Assembly (NCBI GenBank): GCA_032718475.1
Contig: JAUCBJ010005186.1
Coordinates: forward strand, 1-36,868
Origin: Nemertoderma westbladi
Taxonomy: Eukaryota; Animalia; Xenacoelomorpha
Reading direction: 5' to 3'
Length of the DNA: 36,868 nucleotides
The translations under genes and the position numbers were made by a program. The notes beneath the pieces were generated by a model, which was given only the letters and a program-made list of their open reading frames with translations, was not told the origin of the DNA and searched no databases. Shown here in pieces: positions 1 through 10,820 of this stretch (within the stretch, counting starts at the first letter, position 1; each line of letters starts with the position of its first letter).

Positions 1-243
1 GTGTAACATATTCTATTCAGTACAAGGCATCGCGGAGACAGCTGGACAGGTCTTGCAGTCTAATCAATTACCGGTACTGTACCACTGTCTGACTATCAGT
101 ATAGTAGTCCTTGGCTTGGTACTAAACTAATATAACAATGTACGGGACAAGTGATTTTCCTGTTATCTGCAATCATACTTAACCGGTACCGGTACCAATG
201 GAAACCATTAGATCCAAGCAATCATTATTGGCAGATAAGCTGA

Positions 244-1242
244 AATTTCAGCTTGCTGCTGATATTGACAAGGTTATAACAGAGAATGACGGGCATATGC
301 CGATTATTTTGATTATATATTTTATTGACAAAAAATCACAAGCTACAGTAAGCTACCATAAAAATGTAGCAGTGGAGGGAACTTTAATATATTTATTTCT
401 GAGACAGAGGCTGTCTCTGTCTCAGAAAATATGTATATTAAAGTTCTCTCCACAGCTACATTTTTAGCGTGTGATTTATTATAATTGACGCAAAACCCGC
501 CTTTGTGAATGAACAATGATGATTTTCAATTTAGGGAAAGGAACAGGTTGCAGTGGCAGTCTATTCTAACCAAAACAATAAAAGAAAGCATATAACACTG
601 TTACAGTTTCATTTTTGCTCGTAATCAGCTGTTATTTGCGTCCATTTTCACCCTGGATATGGTTGTATTTTGATTGCGTCTTAAAGCATTTTTGTTATTT
701 AAATAAATGTAGCCACGACCGGAAATCCGCACCAAAGTTTTTATATCACTTTCAAACTAAAGTTATATTTACAATTGTTTGATAAACCTCTATCAGTGAC
801 CATCAATCGGCCGAGCTCGACCATCTCTGATAACTAGGCAAAAAAGGTGAAAATATCTGTATAATTATATTAATAATATTAATATATTAACTATAATTAA
901 TATTAATTATATTGCCATCGCCGTTGTTCTATTTAAAACAGTGACGTTTCTTAATGGGATTCTTCATAGTATAAAAAGTAAGGTTAGCGAAATAGAATCA
1001 AGAAACAGCACTAAAGACATAATGTTTATACTATTACTTTTGTAAAGATAATATCTATTCAGTTTTTCCATTTTTTTGAACTGTATCCGATCCTTTTTTT
1101 CCTTTTTTTATGAACTGCATCCTATCTTTTTTCCTTTTTTTTAACTGCATCCTATCCTTTTTTTCCTTTTTTTTCCTTTTTTTTTGAACATATAAAATCC
1201 TTTTTTCCTTTTTTTTCTCGATTTTTTTGGCTGGGAGGGCTG
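244..1242. mobile_element. Second, left-truncated copy of the 28332-29519 element, same orientation
   Basis: Long shared blocks (e.g. gattttcaatttagggaaaggaacaggttgcagtggcagtctattctaaccaaaacaataaaagaaagc); ends at the same terminus GAGGGCTG. Confidence 0.85.
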
Positions 1243-1247
1243 GTATT

Positions 1248-2200
1248 TGCACCAGTGTCTGCACCAGTGTTTGCACCAGGTGTCTGCACCAGTGTCTGCA
1301 CCAGGTGTCTGCACCTGGTGTCTTCACCAGGTGTCTGAACCAGTGTCTGCACCAGGTGTCTGCACCAGGTGTCTACACCAGTGTCTGTACCAGGTGTCTG
1401 CACCAGTGTTTGTACCAGGTGTCTGAATCATGTGTCTGCACAAGGTCTCTGCACCAGGTTTCTGAACTCGTGTCTGCACCAGGTGTCTGCACCAGTGTCT
1501 GTACCAGGTGTCTGCACTAGCTGTCTGCACCAGGTGTCTGCACCAGTGTCTGCACCAGGTGTCTGCACCAGTGTCTGCACCATGTGTCTGCACCAGTGGT
1601 TGCACCAGGTGTCTGCAGCAGTTTATGTACCAGGTGTCTGTACCAGGTGTCTGCATCAGTGTCTGCACCAGGTGTCTGCACCAGGTGTCTGCACCAGGTG
1701 TCTGCACCAGGTTTCTGCACCAGGTATCTGCACCAGTGTCTGTAGGCCTACCATGTGTGTGCACCAGGTGTCTGCACCAGTGTATGTAGCAGGTGTCTGC
1801 ACTAGCTGTCTGCACCAGGTGTCTACACCAGTGTCTGCACCAGGTGTCTGTACCGGTGTCTTCACCAGTGTCTGTACCAGGTGTCTGCACCAGGTGTCTG
1901 TACCATTTGTCAACACCAGTGTCTGCACCAGGTGTCTCCACCAGTGTCTGCACCAGGTGTCTGCACCAGTGTCTGTACCAGGTGTCTGCACCAGTGTCTG
2001 CACCAGGTGTCTGCACCAGTGTTTGCACCAGGTGTCTGCACCATTTTCTGCACCAGTGTCTGCACCAGGTGTCTGCACCAGTGTCTGCAGCAGGTGGCTG
2101 CACCAGATGTCTGCACCAGGTGTCTGAACCAGTGTCTGCACCAGGTATCTGCACCAGTGTCAGCACCAGGTGTCTGCACCAGTGTATGTACCAGGTGTCT
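1248..2200. repeat. Minisatellite of mixed 12/13-bp units GCACCAG(G)TGTCT, about 75 units
   Basis: Direct periodicity; source of the many overlapping spurious ORFs at 1152-2395. Confidence 0.97.
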
Positions 2201-3219
2201 ACTCTATACAGTAACAAAATATATGTAATAAAATTTAAGAAATTCCACCAAAAATATTTTACTTTACTTTTTTCGCCGGGAAAAAAAGTAAAATCAAATG
2301 CAATCCTATGTGTTACATTTTTTTCCGTAGGGAAAAACGTGAAACTTTTTCTCCCGATTTTAGGGGTATATTCGAGCGAAAAAGTAACAATTTAAGAATA
2401 ATATTTATTATTTGGCTCTATTCGTTGTTATTTATCTGGTTGTGCTTCATGGGCATTTTTTTTATAAATATCCGGTATTCTTATATCAAGTAAACGTGCT
2501 TGATAATGAAATTATTTGCTTCATATTATAATTTTGTTAGTTGTAGCAAAGTTTCATTTTGTATTATGGGGGACGAGTCAGCTTGCCTCACCCTCACGTC
2601 TTACACTTTAGAGTTTACTTACTGCTGACTGATATAGTTCATTTGTAATAGTCTTGGCTAGAATTCTTCTCCCGGGCTCCTTCCAGCCAGCTTGCTGGCT
2701 TTCTTGTTAATAAAATGCACAATATTCTGGAACAATTTTTTGGAACAATTTTTTTTATGTATAAATAGCTACGCGATAATATATTATTGTAGGCATATCG
2801 TAGTCCATGCTGTTGCCCAACAACTCGTAAAATAATTAACTCAATCTAGAATATTATGTATTTATTAATTTAATAAATGGCCTTCAGCGAACGATAATTC
2901 TTGCAATCTTTGAACGCCTATTTCTCAGCTGTTTCTCAACGAAATTCAAACATAGTTACATATTTCGAATAAAATACTAAAAAAAAACGCGACAGAACGA
3001 CAGAACGACAGGTTGATTAATGGTACCACTACGCTAAGGCTCACTCACTTCGTGGCTCGCCCCACACGTTGCTTTTATATCATGTTCTTGCATTGTAATA
3101 CTGTATTATACACTGTATTGTATAGCCTGTAGGTAGAAATCAAAGCGACTAAAAACACGGATCAAACAAAGCGTGATCAAACTTCTACATAAATTTATTT
3201 GATTGATTATTTTTTCTAG

Positions 3220-3527
3220 GTATTCGGAACCCCAACTTACATTAGCCCGGAGATAATCTTACGTCAGGGTTACGGGAAGCCAGTTGATTGGTGGTCGCTA
3301 GGCATTATCCTGTACGAGTTCCTGGTGGGTTGCGTCCCCTTTATAGGGGACTCGTTGGAGGAGTTGTTCAACTCGATTGTCGCCGACGATATTGAGTGGC
3401 CGGAAGGGGAGTTCGCTCCCCCCGAGGACTCCCAGGAGTTGATACTGAGACTGTTGGAAAAGGACCCGGTCGGCAGACTGGGAACCGGGGGAGCAGTGGA
3501 GGTGAAGGAACATGTCTTCTTTATTGG
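3220..3527 (+). CDS. MAST: MAST-family (microtubule-associated Ser/Thr) kinase, internal exon encoding kinase subdomains VIII-XI
   Basis: Acceptor tttttctag ends at 3219. Translates [50 protein letters not shown]...[18 protein letters not shown], matching the MAST signature ([21 protein letters not shown]). Donor GG|GTGAGT at 3527/3528, phase 2. Upstream exons lie outside the window. Confidence 0.95.
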
Positions 3528-6500
3528 GTGAGTGAAGGACATCAACTTCTTTACTGGGTGAGTGAACGACATCACCTTCTTTATTGGGTGAGTGAAGAAC
3601 AGCAACTTCTTTATTGGGTGAGTGAAGGACAGCAATTTCTTTATTGGGTGAGTGAAGGACAGCACCTTATTTATTGGGTGAGTGAAGGACAGTAACTTCT
3701 TTATTGGGTGAGTGAAGGACAGCACCTTATTTATTGGGTGAGTGAAGGACAGCATCTTCTTTATGTGGTGAGTGAAGGATAGCACCTTCTTTATTGGGTG
3801 AGTGAAGGACAGCACCTTCTTTATTGGGTGAGTGAAGGACAGCACCTTCTTTATTGGGTGAGTGAAGGACATCATCTTCTTTATTGTGTGAGTGAATGAC
3901 AGCACCTTGATTGGGTGAGTGAAGGACAGCACCTTTATTGTGTGAGTGAAGAACAGCATCTTCTTTATTGGGTGAGTGAAGGACAGCATCTTCTTTACTG
4001 GGTGAGTGAAGGACAGCATATTCTTTACTAGGTGAGTGAAGGACAGCACCTTCTTTATTGTGTGAGTGAAGGACAACACCTTCTTTATTGGGTGAGTGAA
4101 GGACAGCACCTTCTTTATTGTGTGAGTGAAGGACATCACCTTCTTTATTGGGTGAGTGAACGACAATACCTTCTTTACTGGGAGAGTGAAGGACATCACC
4201 TTTATTGGGTGTGTGAAGGACAGCATCTTCTTTTTTGGGTGAGTGAAGGACAGCATCTTCTTTATTGGGTGAGTGAATGACAGCCCCTTCTTTATTGGGT
4301 GAGTGAAGGGCAGCACCTTTATTGGGTGAGTGAAGGACAGCATCTTCTCTATTGGGTGAGTGAAGGACAGCATCTTCTTTACTGGGTGAGTGAAGGACAG
4401 CTTCTTCTTTATTGGGTGAGTCAAGGACAGCACCTTCTTTACTGGGTGAGTGAAGGACAGCACCTTCTTTATTGGGTGAGTGAAGGACATCATCTTCTCT
4501 ATTGGGTGAGTGAAGGACAGCATCTTCTTTACTGGGTGAGTGAAGGACAGCTTCTTCTTTACTGGGTGAGTCAAGGACAGCACCTTCTTTACTGGGGGAG
4601 TGAAGGACAGCACCTTCTTTATTGTGTGAGTGAAGGACAGCACCTTATTTATTGGGTGATTGAAGGACAGCGCCTTATTTATTGGGTGAGTGAAGGACAA
4701 CACCTTCTTTACTGGGAGAGTGAAGGACAGCATCTTTATTGGGTGAGTGAAGGACAGCATCTTTATTGGGTGAGTGAAGGACAGCACCTTCTTTATTTGG
4801 TGAGTGAATGACAGCACCTTCTTTATTGGATTAGTGAAGGACAGCTTCTTCTATATTGGGGGACTGAAGGACAGCATCTTCTTTATGTGGTGAGTGAAGA
4901 ACAGCACCTTTTTTTATTGCTTGAGTGAAGGACAGCAGCATCTTAATTGGGTGTGTGAAGGAGAGCACCTTCTTTATTGGGTGAGTGAAGGACAGCACCT
5001 TCTTTATTGATTGAGTGAATGACAGCACCTTCTTTATTTGGTGATTGAAGGACAGCACCTTCTTTATGGGATGAGTGAATGATAGCTCCTTCTTTATTGG
5101 GTGAGTGAAGGGCAGCGCATTCTTTACTGGATGAGTGAAGGACAGCATCTTTATTGGGTGAGTGGAGGACATCATCTTAATTGGGTGAGTGAATGACAGC
5201 ACTTTCTTTACTGGGTAGTGAAGAATAGCATCTTTATTGGGTGAGTGTATGACAGCACCTTCTATACTGAGTGAGTGAAGGACAGCACTTTCTGTACTGG
5301 TTGAGTGAAGGACAGCACTTTCTTTACTGGGTAGTGAAGAATAGCATCTTTATTGGGTGAGTGTATGACAGCACCTTCTACTGAGTGAGTGAAGGACAGC
5401 ACTTTCTGTACTGGTTGAGTGAAGGACAGCAGCTTCTTTACTGGGTGAGTGAAGGACAACATCTTCTTTATTGGGTGAGTGAAAGACAGCACCTTCTTTA
5501 TTGGGTGATTGAAGGACAGTACCTTCTTTATGGGATGAGTGAATGATAGCACCTTCTTTATTGGGTGAGTGAAGGACACCACCTTCTTTATTGGTTGAGT
5601 GAAGTACGCCATCTTCTTTATTAGGTGAGTGAAGGACAGCACCTTCTTTATTGTGTGAGTGAAGGATAGCACCTTCTTTACTGGGTGAATGAAGGACAGC
5701 ACCTTCTTTATTGGGTGAGTGAAGGACAGCACCTTCTTTATTGTGTGAGTGAAGGACAGCACCTTCTTTTCTGGGTAAGTGAAGGACAGCACCTTCTTTA
5801 TTGGGTGAGTGAAGAACAGCACCTTCTTTATTAGGTGAGTGAAGGACAGCATCTTCTTTTTTGGGTGAGTGAAGGACAGCACCTTCTTTACTGGGTGAGT
5901 GAAGGACAGAACTTTCTTTACTGGGTGAGTGAAGGACAGCACCTTCTTTATTGTGTGAGTGAAGGTCATCACTTTCTTTATTCGGTGAGTGAAGGAAAGC
6001 ACCTTCTTTATTGTGTGAGTGAAGTACGCCATCTTCTTTATTAGGTGAGTGAAGGACAGCACCTTCTTTATTGTGTGAGTGAAGGATAGCACCTTCTTTA
6101 CTGGGTGAATGAAGGACAGCACCTTCTTTATTGGGTGAGTGAAGGACAACACCTTCTTTATTGTGTGAGTGAAGGACAGCACCTTCTTTTCTGGGTAAGT
6201 GAAGGACAGCACCTTCTTTATTGGGTGAGTGAAGGACAGCACCTTCTTTATTAGGTAAGTGAAGGACAGCATCTTCTTTATTAGGTGAGTGAAGGACAGC
6301 ACCTTCTTTACTGGGTGAGTGAAGGACAGAACTTTCTTTACTGGGTGAGTGAAGGACAGCACCTTCTTTATTGTGTGAGTGAAGGACAGCACCTTCTTTA
6401 CTCGGTGAGTGAATGACAGCACCTTTATTGGGTGAGTGAAGGACAGCACCTTTATTGTGTGAGTGAAGGACAGCATCTTCTTTATTGGGTGAGTGAAGGA

Positions 6501-9500
6501 CAGCTTCTTCTTTATTGGGTGAGTCAAGGACAGCACCTTCTTTACTGGGTGAGTGAAGGACAGCACCTTCTTTATTGGGTGAGTGAAGGACATCATCTTC
6601 TCTATTGGGTGAGTGAAGGACAGCATCTTCTTTACTGGGTGAGTGAAGGACAGCTTCTTCTTTACTGGGTGAGTCAAGGACAGCACCTTCTTTACTGGGG
6701 GAGTGAAGGACAGCACCTTCTTTATTGTGTGAGTGAAGGACAGCACCTTATTTATTGGGTGATTGAAGGACAGCGCCTTATTTATTGGGTGAGTGAAGGA
6801 CAACACCTTCTTTACTGGGAGAGTGAAGGACAGCATCTTTATTGGGTGAGTGAAGGACAGCATCTTTATTGGGTGAGTGAAGGACAGCACCTTCTTTATT
6901 TGGTGAGTGAATGACAGCACCTTCTTTATTGGATTAGTGAAGGACAGCTTCTTCTATATTGGGGGACTGAAGGACAGCATCTTCTTTATGTGGTGAGTGA
7001 AGAACAGCACCTTTTTTTATTGCTTGAGTGAAGGACAGCAGCATCTTAATTGGGTGTGTGAAGGAGAGCACCTTCTTTATTGGGTGAGTGAAGGACAGCA
7101 CCTTCTTTATTGATTGAGTGAATGACAGCACCTTCTTTATTTGGTGATTGAAGGACAGCACCTTCTTTATGGGATGAGTGAATGATAGCTCCTTCTTTAT
7201 TGGGTGAGTGAAGGGCAGCGCATTCTTTACTGGATGAGTGAAGGACAGCATCTTTATTGGGTGAGTGGAGGACATCATCTTAATTGGGTGAGTGAATGAC
7301 AGCACTTTCTTTACTGGGTAGTGAAGAATAGCATCTTTATTGGGTGAGTGTATGACAGCACCTTCTATACTGAGTGAGTGAAGGACAGCACTTTCTGTAC
7401 TGGTTGAGTGAAGGACAGCACTTTCTTTACTGGGTAGTGAAGAATAGCATCTTTATTGGGTGAGTGTATGACAGCACCTTCTATACTGAGTGAGTGAAGG
7501 ACAGCACTTTCTGTACTGGTTGAGTGAAGGACAGCAGCTTCTTTACTGGGTGAGTGAAGGACAACATCTTCTTTATTGGGTGAGTGAAAGACAGCACCTT
7601 CTTTATTGGGTGATTGAAGGACAGTACCTTCTTTATGGGATGAGTGAATGATAGCACCTTCTTTATTGGGTGAGTGAAGGACACCACCTTCTTTATTGGT
7701 TGAGTGAAGTACGCCATCTTCTTTATTAGGTGAGTGAAGGACAGCACCTTCTTTATTGTGTGAGTGAAGGATAGCACCTTCTTTACTGGGTGAATGAAGG
7801 ACAGCACCTTCTTTATTGGGTGAGTGAAGGACAGCACCTTCTTTATTGTGTGAGTGAAGGACAGCACCTTCTTTTCTGGGTAAGTGAAGGACAGCACCTT
7901 CTTTATTGGGTGAGTGAAGAACAGCACCTTCTTTATTAGGTGAGTGAAGGACAGCATCTTCTTTTTTGGGTGAGTGAAGGACAGCACCTTCTTTACTGGG
8001 TGAGTGAAGGACAGAACTTTCTTTACTGGGTGAGTGAAGGACAGCACCTTCTTTATTGTGTGAGTGAAGGTTATCACTTTCTTTATTCGGTGAGTGAAGG
8101 AAAGCACCTTCTTTATTGTGTGAGTGAAGTACGCCATCTTCTTTATTAGGTGAGTGAAGGACAGCACCTTCTTTATTGTGTGAGTGAAGGATAGCACCTT
8201 CTTTACTGGGTGAATGAAGGACAGCACCTTCTTTATTGGGTGAGTGAAGGACAACACCTTCTTTATTGTGTGAGTGAAGGACAGCACCTTCTTTTCTGGG
8301 TAAGTGAAGGACAGCACCTTCTTTATTGGGTGAGTGAAGGACAGCACCTTCTTTATTAGGTAAGTGAAGGACAGCATCTTCTTTATTAGGTGAGTGAAGG
8401 ACAGCACCTTCTTTACTGGGTGAGTGAAGGACAGAACTTTCTTTACTGGGTGAGTGAAGGACAGCACCTTCTTTATTGTGTGAGTGAAGGACAGCACCTT
8501 CTTTACTCGGTGAGTGAATGACAGCACCTTTATTGGGTGAGTGAAGGACAGCACCTTTATTGTGTGAGTGAAGGACAGCATCTTCTTTATTGGGTGAGTG
8601 AAGGACAGCATCTTCTTTATTAGGTGAGTGAAGGACAGCACCTTCTTTACTGGGTGAGTGAAGGACAGAACTTTCTTTATTGGGTGAGTGAAGGACAGCA
8701 CCTTCTTTACTGGGTGAGTGAAGGACAGCATCTTCTTTATTGTGTGAGTGAATGACAGCACCTTTATTGGGTGAGTGAAGGACAGCACCTTTATTGTGTG
8801 AGTGAAGGACAGCATCTTCTTTATTGGGTGAGTGAAGGACAGCATCTTCTTTATTAGGTGAGTGAAGGACAGCACCTTCTTTACTGGGTGAGTGAAGGAC
8901 AGAACTTTCTTTACTGGGTGAGTGAAGGACAGCACCTTCTTTATTGTGTGAGTGAAGGACAGCACCTTCTTTACTCAGTGAGTGAAGGACGGCAACTTTA
9001 TTGGGCGAGTGAAGGTCATCACTTTCTTTATTCGGTGAGTGAAGGACGGCACCTTCTTTGTTGTGTGAGTGAAGGACACCACCTTCTTTATTGGTTGAGT
9101 GAAGTAAGCCATCTTCTTTATTAGGTGAGTGAAGGACAGCACCTTCTTTATTGTGTGAGTGAAGGATAGCACCTTCTTTACTGGGTGAATGAAGGACAGC
9201 ACCTTCTTTATTGGGTGAGTGAAGGACAGCACCTTCTTTATTGTGTGAGTGAAGGACAGCACCTTCTTTTCTGGGTAAGTGAAGGACATCCCATTCTTTA
9301 TTGGGTGAGTGAAGGACAGCACCTTCTTTATTAGGTGAGTGAAGGACAGCATCTTCTTTATTAGGTGGGTGAAGGACAGCACCTTCTTTACTGGGTGAGT
9401 GAAGGACAGAACTTTCTTTACTGGGTGAGTGAAGGACAGCACCTTCTTTATTGGGTGAGTGAAGGACACCCTCTTCTTTATTGGTTGAGTGAAGTACGCC

Positions 9501-10434
9501 ATCTTCTTTATTAGGTGAGTGAAGGACAGCACCTTCTTTATTGTGTGAGTGAAGGATAGCACCTTCTTTACTGGGTGAATGAAGGACAGCATCTTCTTTA
9601 TTGTGTGAGTGAAGGACAGCACCTTCTTTATTGTGTGAGTGGAGGACAGCACCTTCTTTTCTGGGTAAGTGAAGGACAGCACCTTCTTTATTGGGTGAGT
9701 GAAGGACAGCACCTTCTTTATTAGGTGAGTGAAGGATAGCATCTTCTTTATTAGGTGAGTGAAGGACAGCACCTTCTTTACTGGGTGAGTGAAGGACAGA
9801 ACTTTCTTTACTGGGTGAGTGAAGGACAGCACCTTCTTTATTGTGTGAGTGAAGGACAGCACCTTCTTTACTCGGTGAGTGAAGGACGGCAACTTTATTG
9901 GGCGAGTGAAGGTCATCACTTTCTTTATTCGGTGAGTGAAAGACAGCACCTTCTTTATTGTGTGAGTGAAGGACAGCACCTTCTTTATTGGGTGAGTGAA
10001 GGACAGCACCTTCTTTATTGGGTGAGTGAAGGACAGCACCTTCTTTACTGGGTGAGTGAAGGACAGCATCTTCTTCATTGGGTGAGTGAATGACAGCACC
10101 TTTATTGGGTGAGTGAAGGACAGCACCTTTATTGTGTGAGTGAAGGACAGCATCTTCTTTATTGGGTGAGTGAAGGACAGCATCTTCTTTACTGGATGAG
10201 TGAAGGACAGCATATTCTTTACTAGGTGAGTGAAGGACCGCACCTTCTTTGTGTGAGTGAAGGACAGCACCTTCTTTATTGGGTGAGTGAACGACAACAC
10301 CTTCTTTACTGGGAGAGTGAAGGACAGCACCTTTATTGGGTGAGTGAAGAACAGCATCTTCGTTATTGGGTGAGTGAAGGACAGCATCTTCTGTAGTGGA
10401 TGAGTGGAAGACAGCACCTCCTTTATTTTTGAGT
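3502..10434 (+). repeat. 30-bp minisatellite (GTGAGTGAAGGACAGCACCTTCTTTATTGG), about 230 units with some 27-bp variants, filling the MAST intron
   Basis: Direct 30-bp periodicity; the first unit overlaps the last 26 nt of the kinase exon. Confidence 0.98.
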
Positions 10435-10820
10435 TCATCACGTAATACAATAGTAATTGAAATAGATACACCCCCAAACGGGGTGAAATGGTAAACAATA
10501 TTAAAATAAAAGCGAGTAAAAAGAGTAGAATAAAAATGTGGTAGAAACGCTATTGCTGACACTTAGATTCCGGAGGTGGAACATATTAGTTTACAGCGGC
10601 AGTTATCGGTGATTTATGTGGAACGGGATATAATCACCCAATAATAATCATGGTTAATTAATACTTAACCTTCAACTTTATTTATATTTATATTTAACGT
10701 TTTTTCGCATTCATTATATTAATTTTATATTCTTTAAAGAAAAAATTAATATACAACCGCTGTTTTAACTTAGTCATAATTAATATTAATAATTTTAATT
10801 TTAATTTATTTTCCACTCAG

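Noticed and set aside
1152-2395. Cys/His-rich ORFs resembling metal-binding proteins
   Set aside because: Products of the 12/13-bp repeat; open in almost every frame.
3270-10562. Long minus-strand ORFs of 494-1065 aa (e.g. [20 protein letters not shown] repeats)
   Set aside because: They arise because the 30-bp unit is stop-free in some frames; they are antisense within a MAST intron and several frames are open at once.
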